A stretch of DNA of 11,168 nucleotides from contig JBBIJD010000032.1 in assembly GCA_037446135.1 (NCBI GenBank), positions 9,383-20,550 on the forward strand, given 5' to 3'. Of this stretch, positions 1-8,107 are shown piece after piece (position 1 is the first letter of the stretch; the number at the start of each line of letters is the position of its first letter). The notes under the pieces were generated by a model. The model did not search any database, was not told where the DNA came from, and saw only the letters and a list, made by a program, of their open reading frames with translations. A program made the translations under genes and the position numbers. Origin of the DNA: Candidatus Fraserbacteria bacterium (GTDB taxonomy: Bacteria > Bipolaricaulota > Bipolaricaulia > RBG-16-55-9 > JANLFV01).

Positions 1-66
1 GAGAGAGACCCCATCGACGACCCTCCGGCCGCTGAAGCTCTTGACTAGCCCCTCGACCTGTAGCAT
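1..66 (-). CDS. lptB: ABC transporter ATP-binding protein, probably LPS export ATPase LptB (5' end only, runs off the window)
   Basis: Not in the ORF track. Manual translation from the ATG at 66 gives [22 protein letters not shown], a typical ABC ATPase N-terminus. The ATG overlaps the upstream TGA (TGATG coupling). The LptB identity is inferred from its position directly after an lptC-like gene. Confidence 0.7.
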   Translation of the reverse strand, partial: MLQVEGLVKSFSGRRVVDGVSL

Positions 67-617
67 CAATCCCCACTCGGGACGAGGATCAGCTCCGCTT
101 CATGGACCGCGAGCCTCCCTTCCTCCGGGGTGTATTCGAACCCTCGCCCGGAGAGCCGCTCCTCGCCTCGAGCGATCTCCACCTCGAGGTCACCGCTCAG
201 GACCCCACGCTGCGGGTCCCAGCGGGCCCGCTCGGTCCGGAATTCCAGACCACGGTCGTCGCGAGCTGTGATCCCTCCTTCTAGCTCCAGCTCCCCGCCG
301 CTATAGAAGGAGAGCCGGGCGGCCGTCACCACGAGTGCGACCTCCTCGTGGCGCGCCGCGCCGCGGAAGAACTTCAGCCGGACGGCCTCCGCCCTCGCCC
401 GATCATCCTCCCGCTCGAGGGTGATCGTCTCCGCCTCGAGCTCCCAGAGCCGCCGGCCTGCTTCATCGAACTTCGTCATGGTCGGCGAGAGGACCGCGAT
501 CTCCGGCCCCTCTGACCTTTGGGGAGGCAGACCGGGTCGGAATAAAAGGGAAAGTCCGCCGGCGAGGGCCGCGAGGGTCATCAGGGTCAAGCTCAAGCCG
601 ATCCCCGTGCGAGACAT
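66..617 (-). CDS. lptC: LptC-like LPS export periplasmic protein (single N-terminal TM anchor plus beta-jellyroll-type domain)
   Basis: 183 aa. N-terminal hydrophobic helix ([19 protein letters not shown]), then LptC-like segments '[10 protein letters not shown]', 'FRTERARWD' and 'LSGRGFEY'. Lies between pyrG and an ABC ATPase. The start overlaps the pyrG end by 25 nt; an alternative ATG is at 581. Confidence 0.75.
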   Translation of the reverse strand: MSRTGIGLSLTLMTLAALAGGLSLLFRPGLPPQRSEGPEIAVLSPTMTKFDEAGRRLWELEAETITLEREDDRARAEAVRLKFFRGAARHEEVALVVTAARLSFYSGGELELEGGITARDDRGLEFRTERARWDPQRGVLSGDLEVEIARGEERLSGRGFEYTPEEGRLAVHEAELILVPSGD

Positions 618-2182
618 GCTTCGAGGAAGCCGAGGAAGAGCGGATGGGGCCGGGTCGGGCGGGACTTGAACTCCGGATGGAATTGAGAGGCGATGAAGAA
701 GGGGTGGTCCGGCAGCTCGCCGATCTCCATCCGCCCGTCGGGCGACCTCCCGGAGAAGCGGAGGCCGCCGGCCTCTAATTCCTGGACGAATTCGGGGTTA
801 ACCTCATAGCGGTGGCGATGGCGCTCGCTGATCTCCTCTCGGCCGTAGAGCCGCTGGGCCAGCGAGCCCGGCTCGAGCAAGATCGGCGAGGCCCCCAGCC
901 GCATCGTCCCACCCTTCTCCTGGACCTCCCGCTGCTCCGGGAGGAGGTCGATCACCGGGGGATTGGCCTGGGGGTCGACCTCGGTGCTATTGGCCCGCTT
1001 GTAGCCCAAGACATTCTGGGCGAACTCCACGACCGCTAACTGGAACCCGAAGCAGATCCCGAGGAAGGGGAGCCCCCTCTCCCGAGCGAGCCGGATCGCC
1101 TGGAGCTTCCCCTTCGTCCCCCGCTCACCGAACCCGCCGGGGACGATCACACCCGCCACATCTTCCAGCAAGTCAGGGGCGAAGTCCTCAGCCTCGATCC
1201 ACTTGATATTGACGCCTGTCCGGAGCTCCGCCCCGGCATGGATGAGGGCCTCAGTATAGCTCAAGTAGCTATCAGTGAGCTCAGTATACTTCCCGACGAG
1301 CGCGATGGTCAGCTCCCGCTGGGGGTGGAGGGCATGGTCGAGGAAGGCTTGCCAGGCAGAGAGGTCCTCGCCCCGGGGCTCTTGCTCCAATCTCTCCAAG
1401 AGGAGCTCAGCCAGCCCCTGCTCGGCGAAGAATAGCGGGACCTGGTAAGCTAGTCTAGCGGTAGGAGCGCTGATCACTGCCCTCTTGGGGACATTGCAGA
1501 AGAGGGCGATCTTCTCCTTGATATGCTCCTTCAGGGGCTCTTCGCTCCGTCCGACGATGATGTCCGGCTGGATCCCGATCGCTCTGAGTTCGCGGACTGA
1601 ATGCTGAGTCGGCTTGGTCTTCTGCTCTCCCACCGGCCCGAGGATCGGGACGAGTGTGGCATGGACGACGGCCGAGTTCCCCCTCCCCACCTCCTGCTGG
1701 AGCTGACGGACCGCCTCGAGGAAGGGCATCGACTCGATATCTCCCACGGTCCCGCCCAGCTCGACGATCGTCACCTCCGCTCCGGACCGCTCGGCCACCT
1801 CAGTGATATTCCGCTTGATCTCGTCGGTGACATGGGGGATGATCTGGACCGTCTGGCCGAGATAGTCGCCCCGCCGCTCCTTCTCGATCACCTTGAGGTA
1901 GACCTTTCCCGTGGTGATGTTATGGTCGCCGGTCAGCTCGATGTCCAGGAACCGCTCATAATTCCCGAAGTCGAGGTCCAGCTCGCTCCCATCCTCCAGG
2001 ACGAAGACCTCCCCGTGTTGGTAGGGGTTCATCGTCCCGGCATCGCAGTTGAGGTAGGGGTCGATCTTGATCACCGTCACCTTGATCCCCCGGGACTTCA
2101 AGAGTAGCCCGATCGAGGAGGTGGTGATCCCCTTCCCCAAGCCGGAGAGGACTCCGCCGGTCACGAAGACATACTTGCTCAT
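593..2182 (-). CDS. pyrG: CTP synthase (glutamine-hydrolysing)
   Basis: 529 aa. N-terminal [29 protein letters not shown] and KTKPTQHSV motifs. GATase domain has GICFG (nucleophile Cys), ERHRHRYE and QFHPE. Confidence 0.98.
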   Translation of the reverse strand: MSKYVFVTGGVLSGLGKGITTSSIGLLLKSRGIKVTVIKIDPYLNCDAGTMNPYQHGEVFVLEDGSELDLDFGNYERFLDIELTGDHNITTGKVYLKVIEKERRGDYLGQTVQIIPHVTDEIKRNITEVAERSGAEVTIVELGGTVGDIESMPFLEAVRQLQQEVGRGNSAVVHATLVPILGPVGEQKTKPTQHSVRELRAIGIQPDIIVGRSEEPLKEHIKEKIALFCNVPKRAVISAPTARLAYQVPLFFAEQGLAELLLERLEQEPRGEDLSAWQAFLDHALHPQRELTIALVGKYTELTDSYLSYTEALIHAGAELRTGVNIKWIEAEDFAPDLLEDVAGVIVPGGFGERGTKGKLQAIRLARERGLPFLGICFGFQLAVVEFAQNVLGYKRANSTEVDPQANPPVIDLLPEQREVQEKGGTMRLGASPILLEPGSLAQRLYGREEISERHRHRYEVNPEFVQELEAGGLRFSGRSPDGRMEIGELPDHPFFIASQFHPEFKSRPTRPHPLFLGFLEACLARGSA

Positions 2183-2211
2183 CTTTTCCGTCTGTGCTGA
2201 TCCGAAGAAGA

Positions 2212-2241
2212 ATTATACAGCCCCTCGGCCTGGGGACACAA
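2212..2241 (-). promoter_or_regulatory. Putative sigma70 promoter for the pyrG-lptC-lptB operon
   Basis: On the minus strand TTGTGT (2241-2236), an 18 nt spacer, then a perfect TATAAT (2217-2212), about 30 nt upstream of the pyrG ATG. Confidence 0.6.
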
Positions 2242-2249
2242 CTCGCCTT

Positions 2250-2293
2250 TTCATCGCGGCTCCGCGCTCGGCTATAATCAGTTCGGGCGGTGA
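2250..2293 (+). promoter_or_regulatory. Putative sigma70 promoter and RBS for the AOR gene
   Basis: Perfect TATAAT at 2273-2278 with a weak -35 (TTCATC, 2250-2255) at 17 nt spacing. SD-like GGCGGTGA at 2286-2293 lies 4 nt before the ATG at 2298. Confidence 0.55.
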
Positions 2294-2297
2294 GGCT

Positions 2298-4160
2298 ATG
2301 GACGGTTTATTCAGCAGATATCTCCTTATGGACCTAACCTCAGGCCGGTTCGTGGACTATTCCATCCCGGAGGGCTGGCTCAAGAGGCACCTCGGCGGGC
2401 GGGGGATCGGGGCCCGAATCTTGCTGGAAGAGCTTAAGGATAAGGATCTCAGGGCTCTAGACCCCCTCGGGCCGGAGAATATCCTGGTCTTCGCGACCGG
2501 GCCATTCCAGGGCTTGAGCATCGCCGGCGGGGGGCGGCATGTCGTGCTCGGGATCTCGCCCAAGACCCGAGCGGTCGCCGACTCCTACGCCGGTGGCTTC
2601 CTCGGCCAGGAGCTCGGTCGCTCAGGCTACGATGGCCTGATCATCAAAGGGCGGGCCGCGCGGCCGGTCTATCTGACCCTCATCGCCGGTAAACCGGAAT
2701 TGCACGATGCTCGAGACCTCTGGGGCCAGGAGACCGCTGAGGTCGAAGAGGAGCTCCAGCGCCGGCATGGGAAGGTCCGCGTCGCGGCCATCGGCCCGGC
2801 AGGGGAGAACCTGGTGAAATTTGCTTGCATCATCCACGACCGGACACGGTCCGCGGGGCGGCCCGGCTTCGGGGCGGTGATGGGGAGCAAGAATTTGAAG
2901 GCCATCGCCGTCTTGGGCCATCAGGAGAAGCCGGTCCACGACCGCGAGGCCTTCCTCGAGCTGAGGAAGGAGCTGGCCCTCGCACTGGCCGGTGAGCGCT
3001 GGATCCGGAGATTCCGCAGCTGCGGGACCGCCGGGGGAGTCATGACCCTCAACGAGCAGGGGATCTTGCCGACCAAGAACTTCCAGGAGGGGGTCTTCGA
3101 CCGTGCCGGGGCGATCAGCGGCCAGGTGATGGCCGAGACGATCCTCGTCCGGGCCGATAGCTGCGCCGGCTGCCCGATCGGCTGCAAGCGGGTCGTCTCT
3201 GCCAAGTTCGATAGCGAGGAGGTCGACCCGCGCTACGGCGGTCCGGAATACGAGACAGTCGCGGCATTGGGCTCGCTCTTGCTCATCGACGACTTAGAGG
3301 CCATCGCCCTGGCCAATCAGAAGTGTAATGCCTACGGACTGGACACTATCAGCACGGGGGTAACGATCGCCTGGGCCATCGAGGCGACGGAGCGAGGGCT
3401 GCTCAAGTCCGAGCTGAGATGGGGTGAGGCCCGAGCGGTTCTGAGGATGATCGACCTGATCGCCCGCCGGGAGGGGCTCGGTGAAGAGTTGGCGAAGGGG
3501 ATCGACCATCTTGAAAAGAAATACGGCGGGGACTTCGCTGTCCATGTCAAGGGTGTGGAGGTCCCGATGCACGAGCCTCGAGGGAAGGTCGGCCTCGGCC
3601 TAAGCTACGCCACCAGTCCGCGGGGTGCGACCCACCTCGAGGGGATGCACGACACGATGCTGGAGGTCGAGAGCCCCACCCCCGAGCTGGGGGTCACTGA
3701 AAAGATGGACCGTTTCTCCTGGGAGGGGAAGCCAAGAGTGGTCAAGATCTACGAAGACCTCCGCTCCTTCACCAACTCCCTGGTGATGTGCGTCTTCATC
3801 CCCTCGATGACCGGGCCGGGGTATAACTACCCCAAGATCCGGGAGCTATTGAACGCCCTCACCGGCCTTGAAGTCGACGCCCGGGAGATGCTCCTCATCG
3901 GCGAGAGGAACTTCAATCTGCTGAAGATCCTCGCCGCCCGAGCGGGCTACACCCGCAGGGACGACGACCTCCCGAAGAGGCTGAAGGGGCCCCTTCCTCG
4001 GGGGGCAAGTGCGGGGCGGCCGATCCCGGATGAGGTCTTGCAGAGGATGATCGACGAGTATTACCGACTTCGGGGCTGGGATGAGACCGGCCCGACAGCG
4101 GCCAAGCTGGAGGAGCTTGGGCTGGCCGAGCTAAAGGGCCTCATCCCGATCCTCCGCTAG
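2298..4160 (+). CDS. aor: Aldehyde:ferredoxin oxidoreductase family protein (tungsten/molybdo-bis-pterin, [4Fe-4S])
   Basis: 620 aa from the ATG at 2298 (MDGLFSRYLLMDLT). The ORF-track extension to 2067 overlaps pyrG and is not credible. Motifs: LGGRGIG, SPKT, IGPAGENLV, AGRPGFGAVMGSKNLKAI, CAGCPIGC (three Fe-S Cys), PEYET, GLDTIS, RGATH and NSLVMC (fourth Cys), and C-terminal YYRLRGWD. Confidence 0.95.
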   Translation: MDGLFSRYLLMDLTSGRFVDYSIPEGWLKRHLGGRGIGARILLEELKDKDLRALDPLGPENILVFATGPFQGLSIAGGGRHVVLGISPKTRAVADSYAGGFLGQELGRSGYDGLIIKGRAARPVYLTLIAGKPELHDARDLWGQETAEVEEELQRRHGKVRVAAIGPAGENLVKFACIIHDRTRSAGRPGFGAVMGSKNLKAIAVLGHQEKPVHDREAFLELRKELALALAGERWIRRFRSCGTAGGVMTLNEQGILPTKNFQEGVFDRAGAISGQVMAETILVRADSCAGCPIGCKRVVSAKFDSEEVDPRYGGPEYETVAALGSLLLIDDLEAIALANQKCNAYGLDTISTGVTIAWAIEATERGLLKSELRWGEARAVLRMIDLIARREGLGEELAKGIDHLEKKYGGDFAVHVKGVEVPMHEPRGKVGLGLSYATSPRGATHLEGMHDTMLEVESPTPELGVTEKMDRFSWEGKPRVVKIYEDLRSFTNSLVMCVFIPSMTGPGYNYPKIRELLNALTGLEVDAREMLLIGERNFNLLKILAARAGYTRRDDDLPKRLKGPLPRGASAGRPIPDEVLQRMIDEYYRLRGWDETGPTAAKLEELGLAELKGLIPILR

Positions 4161-4161
4161 G

Positions 4162-5544
4162 CTAGCGCCCCGATCGATGGGCGGGGGATTCCAGCCCGGT
4201 CATGGTTGCCCTGACCCTGTGAGGTCGGCGGCCGTAGAAGAGGTCGTCGAGCCAGACGGCCATCTGCCGGGCGACCGCTGACCTGCGAATGGCCCAGCGG
4301 ACTAGGCTGTGGATAGGGCCAGCGGGATGGCCATAGGGACAGACGCGCATGCAGAGGGCACAATCCGTTCCGAAAGCCCGCCAGAGGGTATAACACCTTT
4401 CTCGGTCGATGACCCATTTCTCCACCCCGCGGACGATCGTCTTCTCCCTTTTGGGGATCGCCCCGGAGGGGCAGTTGGTCGAGCACTTCCGGCAGCGACG
4501 GCAGAAATCCTGCACTCCGAAGGAGATCGGCCGGTCGGGCTCCAGGGGCAGGGTGGTGGTCACCACGCTGAGGCGGACCCGCGGGCCGAACCGGGGGGTG
4601 ATCAAATACCCCAGCCTCCCCAGCTCCCCCAGGCCGGCCTTCCAGGCCAACGGGACTGGCATCACCTGGTAGTTAGCGTCGATGTGGGCCCGAGCGGGAT
4701 GGCCGAGCGAGCGGATATACTCGGCGAGGATCAATGCGATCTTGGCCGCCTCGACATATTCGAGGGAACTCTCGAACAGGGTCGGCGCGCTCGGCGCGGC
4801 CCGGACCATCCGCCAGTCCATCTCCACGGCGATGACGATCGCATACTTGTGGTCGAGCTCGACCTCCTCTCCATATCTCCCTGGGCCACGGCCGACATGG
4901 GAGTAGATATAGGCCCGCTCCAGCTCGGCGATCCCCACCAGTTCGGCCCCGAGGTAGCGGGCCAGCCGCTTGATCCTTCGGGCCATCTCCGCCGGATTGA
5001 GCTCAGCCCTCTCTTGCCCGACCTCACCGTCGACGAAGCGGCCGACCTCCTGGAGGAACGCGAAGGAAGCATTCGCCAGCGGCGTGAGCCAAGGGTCGAA
5101 ATACCGCCCTCCGGGCGCCCCCAGCTCGGGGAGGGCTCGGAAGCGGTCGTCCACCTCCTTCAGCTCGGGGTGGCGGGCGTAGTAATCTTCATACTCTGCC
5201 GTCCCTGGCCGGTAGCGGGCTCGGGCGAAGATGATGTCCCGCTCATCGACCTGCTCCTGCTCCCCCAGGATCAGCAATTCTCCCTCCTCCCCGAGCGGGA
5301 GGACCACCAATGTGGCGAGGATCAGGTTCAGGGCCAGGCCGCCGAGGATGAGCCCGGCTCGGAGGCCCTCCAGCCCGACGAAGGTGAGAGTGAGGAACCA
5401 GCCGGCGCAGGCCGGGATGGCTAAAGCCGAGGCCACAAGGGCCGCGCGGCCCTCCCGCTCGAGGAGGGCATTAAGGATGAACCCAAAAGCGATGAGGGAG
5501 ATGGCCGCTCCCAGAGCCCAGCCCAGGTGGTCGATCCAGATCAT
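4162..5544 (-). CDS. Reductive dehalogenase-like (RdhA family) cobalamin/2x[4Fe-4S] protein with three N-terminal transmembrane helices
   Basis: 460 aa from the ATG at 5544 (MIWIDHLGW), preceded by purine-rich GAGGGGGAG. RdhA-type core: 'IKRLARYLGAELVGIA', 'EYIRSLGHPARAH', 'AGLGELGRLGYLITPRFGPRVRL', FCRRCRKCSTNCP (CX2CX2CX3CP) and CYTLWRAFGTDCALCMRVCP (CX10CX2CX3CP). Residues 1-84 form three hydrophobic segments. No RRxFLK Tat motif. Confidence 0.85.
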   Translation of the reverse strand: MIWIDHLGWALGAAISLIAFGFILNALLEREGRAALVASALAIPACAGWFLTLTFVGLEGLRAGLILGGLALNLILATLVVLPLGEEGELLILGEQEQVDERDIIFARARYRPGTAEYEDYYARHPELKEVDDRFRALPELGAPGGRYFDPWLTPLANASFAFLQEVGRFVDGEVGQERAELNPAEMARRIKRLARYLGAELVGIAELERAYIYSHVGRGPGRYGEEVELDHKYAIVIAVEMDWRMVRAAPSAPTLFESSLEYVEAAKIALILAEYIRSLGHPARAHIDANYQVMPVPLAWKAGLGELGRLGYLITPRFGPRVRLSVVTTTLPLEPDRPISFGVQDFCRRCRKCSTNCPSGAIPKREKTIVRGVEKWVIDRERCYTLWRAFGTDCALCMRVCPYGHPAGPIHSLVRWAIRRSAVARQMAVWLDDLFYGRRPHRVRATMTGLESPAHRSGR

Positions 5545-5574
5545 CTCCCCCTCGATCTTAGCGCTCCACCGTTT

Positions 5575-5592
5575 GGGAGGGAAATCCCTCCC
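5575..5592. repeat. Perfect 8-bp inverted repeat GGGAGGGA-AA-TCCCTCCC in the divergent rdh/tilS intergenic region
   Basis: Read directly from the sequence. It ends 1 nt before the tilS -35 box. Function unknown. Confidence 0.6.
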
Positions 5593-5593
5593 G

Positions 5594-5622
5594 TTGAACC
5601 CCTTCCCACTCGATGGCATAAT
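5594..5622 (+). promoter_or_regulatory. Putative sigma70 promoter for tilS-rseP
   Basis: TTGAAC (5594-5599), a 17 nt spacer, then CATAAT (5617-5622) with an extended -10 TG. The ATG lies only 9 nt downstream. Confidence 0.6.
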
Positions 5623-5631
5623 CCCGATGGG

Positions 5632-7041
5632 ATGATCGCAAAGGTCCGCCGGACCATCGAGGACCACCGGATGATCTCGCCGGGGGAGAGGGTCCTGGTC
5701 GCCGTCTCCGGGGGGATAGACTCGATCGTCCTGCTTCACCTCCTCTATGAGCTGCGGGAGGAGCTAGGGATCTCCCTCGCCGTTGCTCACCTTGATCATC
5801 GAATCCGGGGAGAGGAGGCCCAGGCCGATGCGGAGTTCGTGGCCGGTGAGGCGAGGAGGCTCGGCCTCCCGCTGATTCTGGAGGCACGGGATGTCCCGAC
5901 CTACGCTGAGGAGAGGGACCTCTCACTAGAGGAGGCGGCAAGAGAGGTCCGCTACCGGTTCTTGGAGGAGGCTGCGGCGAAGGTCGGGGCCGCGAAGATC
6001 GCCCTCGGCCACCATCGGGACGACCTTGTGGAGACGCTCTTACTCAATTTAATTCGGGGCGCGGGGCTCTCCGGCTTGAGGGGGATGGCCCCGGTCCGGG
6101 GCCGGCTCATCCGCCCGCTCATCGACTGCTCGAGGGCGGAGATCTTGGCCTTCGCCCATGAGCGGGGCTTAAGCTACTGCCAGGACCGGACGAACCTCGA
6201 GCGGAGGTTCCTGCGGAACCGGGTCCGACTCGAACTCCTGCCCCTTCTGGAGGGCTACCGCCCCGGGGTCGCCGCTCGCTTGGCCCGGACGGCTCAGATC
6301 CTCAGTGAGGCCGCCTCCTATCTTGAGAAGCTGGCCGAGGAGCGGCTGGAGAGGATGGTCCTCGCCCAGGGTGAAAGCGAGCTAATCCTTAACCGAGAGG
6401 GGCTCCTGGCGGAGGAGCCTTTTCTCCAAACCCTCATCCTCCGTGGGGCGGTCCGCCGTCTCCGGGGGAGCCTCCGCGATCTTGGGTTCGAGCACCTCCG
6501 GAGGATGCGGGAGCTGAGCGGCCAGGGGGAAGGGCGGGCTGAGCTCCATCTCCCCGGCGGGCTCTCTTTCCTCCGCCGAGGCGAGCGGCTCATCCTCAGC
6601 AGCAAAAGTAGCAAAGCCAGGCCGAAGGAGGCCGGGCCTTTGGCCTATGAGTTCCCGCTCCGGCTCGGCGAGAATACCTTTGATCAGCTCGGCTGGCAGT
6701 TCACTCTGGAGGAGGTCGAGCCGGTGCTAGAGTTAGAGTTCGACCGTGATCCCTTGAAGGCAATGATCGACGGCGCTAGAATAGACAGGCCGCTTTCGGT
6801 CCGGAATCGGCGGCCTGGGGATCGGTTCCGCCCGCTGGGGATGAAGGGGACGAAGAAGTTGCAGGACTTCTTCGTCGATGAGAAGGTCCCCTTGGAGGAG
6901 CGGGCTTGGGTCCCTCTAGTCTGCGACCGGCGGGGGATCATCTGGGTAGTGGGCCTGAGGCTGAGCGAGGACTACAAGGTGACGGCGGGGACCAAGCGGG
7001 CCTTGAGGATCACGGCCCGAAAGGTGGATCGCGAGGGATGA
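5632..7041 (+). CDS. tilS: tRNA(Ile)-lysidine synthetase
   Basis: 469 aa from the ATG at 5632 (MIAKVRRTIEDHRMI). PP-loop VAVSGGIDS, AHLDHRIR, EEAAREVRY, GHHRDDLVET, IRPL and RNRVR motifs. C-terminal TilS_C region RRPGDRFRPLGMKGTKKLQDFFVDEKVP. Confidence 0.96.
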   Translation: MIAKVRRTIEDHRMISPGERVLVAVSGGIDSIVLLHLLYELREELGISLAVAHLDHRIRGEEAQADAEFVAGEARRLGLPLILEARDVPTYAEERDLSLEEAAREVRYRFLEEAAAKVGAAKIALGHHRDDLVETLLLNLIRGAGLSGLRGMAPVRGRLIRPLIDCSRAEILAFAHERGLSYCQDRTNLERRFLRNRVRLELLPLLEGYRPGVAARLARTAQILSEAASYLEKLAEERLERMVLAQGESELILNREGLLAEEPFLQTLILRGAVRRLRGSLRDLGFEHLRRMRELSGQGEGRAELHLPGGLSFLRRGERLILSSKSSKARPKEAGPLAYEFPLRLGENTFDQLGWQFTLEEVEPVLELEFDRDPLKAMIDGARIDRPLSVRNRRPGDRFRPLGMKGTKKLQDFFVDEKVPLEERAWVPLVCDRRGIIWVVGLRLSEDYKVTAGTKRALRITARKVDREG

Positions 7042-7054
7042 CCGTAGAGAAGAG

Positions 7055-8107
7055 ATGACGGCCTTCATTACAGGCGTGGCCTTCTTGATCACCATCGGGC
7101 TTATCGTCCTGATCCACGAGGGCGGCCACTTCCTCGCAGCTAAGCTCGCGAAGATGTGGGTCCACGAGCTAGCGCTCGGGTTCGGTCCGGCCCTCCTGCG
7201 ATTCCGCATCCGCGAGACCAAGTATTCCTTGCGGCTCTTTCCCATCGGCGGCTATGTCCGTGTGGCCGGGGATGAGACCTCCAGCGAGGAGGATTCTCAA
7301 GTCCCCCCGGACCGGCTCTTCCTCAATAAGCCCCCGATCGCGAGGATGGCGATGGTCCTCGCCGGGCCGATCGCGAATCTCCTCGCGGCGGTGGTGATCA
7401 TCCTTCTCGTTATCAGCTCGATCGGGGTCCCTTATCTTGAGGTCCTCAAGCTCAGTGAGGGGAGCCCCTCGTCCGGGCTCCTCCAGGCCGGCGACTTGAT
7501 CGTCAGTGCTGAAGGGAAGAGGGTCTACCTCCTTGAGCAACTCCAGCGGATCGTCCGGGAGAGGGGCGAGGCAGGCCAGCCGGTGAGGATCGAGGTCCAG
7601 CGAGAGGGCGAACTCCGGCAGTTCGCGATCCGCCCGAAGCTCGAGGAAGGCCGGTATATCATCGGCGTCTACTTCACCGGGAGCGCCGCTACCCGCCGGG
7701 TCCCGTTCCCCACGAGCCTCGGGCTCGGCTTCCTCTGGGTGAAGAATCTCATCCTAGGCTTATATTTAGGCTTTCGGGGGCTCTTCACCGGGGCGATCCC
7801 CCCAGGCGAGGCCTTCAGCGGGCCGGTAGGGATCGCCTCTCTCATCGGGGAGAGCTTGGCCCAGGGCTTGCTCCCGTTCTTCACCCTCATCGCGGCCTTG
7901 AGCCTGATGATCGGGCTGATGAACCTCATCCCCTTCCCCGGACTCGATGGCTCGCGGATCGCCTTCATCTCTTATGAGCTGGTCCGGGGGAGACCGATCC
8001 CCAGGGAGCGAGAGGGCTTAGTCCACTACATCGGGATCGTCATCCTACTCGGCCTCATGCTCCTCGTCACTTATAACGACATCCTCAAGCTTATCCGGGG
8101 CCACTAG
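7055..8107 (+). CDS. rseP: Site-2 (RIP) zinc metalloprotease RseP/RasP, M50 family, with one PDZ-like domain
   Basis: 350 aa. HEGGH zinc motif, LGFGP, PIGGYV, AGPIAN, SGPVGI and NLIPFPGLDG (third zinc ligand Asp). Multiple TM segments. Confidence 0.95.
   Translation: MTAFITGVAFLITIGLIVLIHEGGHFLAAKLAKMWVHELALGFGPALLRFRIRETKYSLRLFPIGGYVRVAGDETSSEEDSQVPPDRLFLNKPPIARMAMVLAGPIANLLAAVVIILLVISSIGVPYLEVLKLSEGSPSSGLLQAGDLIVSAEGKRVYLLEQLQRIVRERGEAGQPVRIEVQREGELRQFAIRPKLEEGRYIIGVYFTGSAATRRVPFPTSLGLGFLWVKNLILGLYLGFRGLFTGAIPPGEAFSGPVGIASLIGESLAQGLLPFFTLIAALSLMIGLMNLIPFPGLDGSRIAFISYELVRGRPIPREREGLVHYIGIVILLGLMLLVTYNDILKLIRGH

Noticed and set aside
2183..2211. pyrG attenuator or reiterative-transcription leader (Bacillus type)
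   Set aside because: The leader is only about 20-25 nt, with no GGGC start and no terminator hairpin.
2067..2297. 77 aa N-terminal extension of the AOR ORF
   Set aside because: It overlaps the pyrG start and both promoters. Family similarity and the SD begin at ATG 2298.
3619..3636. AOR 'RGATH' in place of the common 'RGACH', first read as loss of an Fe-S ligand
   Set aside because: The fourth cluster Cys in AOR lies in the later motif (NSLVMC here), and the His is retained.
4309..5424. 371 aa ORF on the + strand antisense to the RDase-like gene
   Set aside because: No recognisable motifs, and it is fully nested opposite a well-supported gene. Long shadow ORFs are expected at this GC content. 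The same applies to the other short nested ORFs in the track.
4162..5544. Alternative call as epoxyqueuosine reductase QueG, tempting because it neighbours tilS
   Set aside because: It lacks the QueG-type GCDxCQxxCP signature. The GELGRLG..ITPRFGPRVRL motif and the second cluster spacing match RdhA better. Not formally excluded without an HMM search.
5527..5739. Mutually overlapping N-terminal extensions of the tilS and rdh ORFs
   Set aside because: These are artefacts of longest-ORF calling. Starts at 5632 and 5544 remove the overlap and leave a sensible divergent promoter region.
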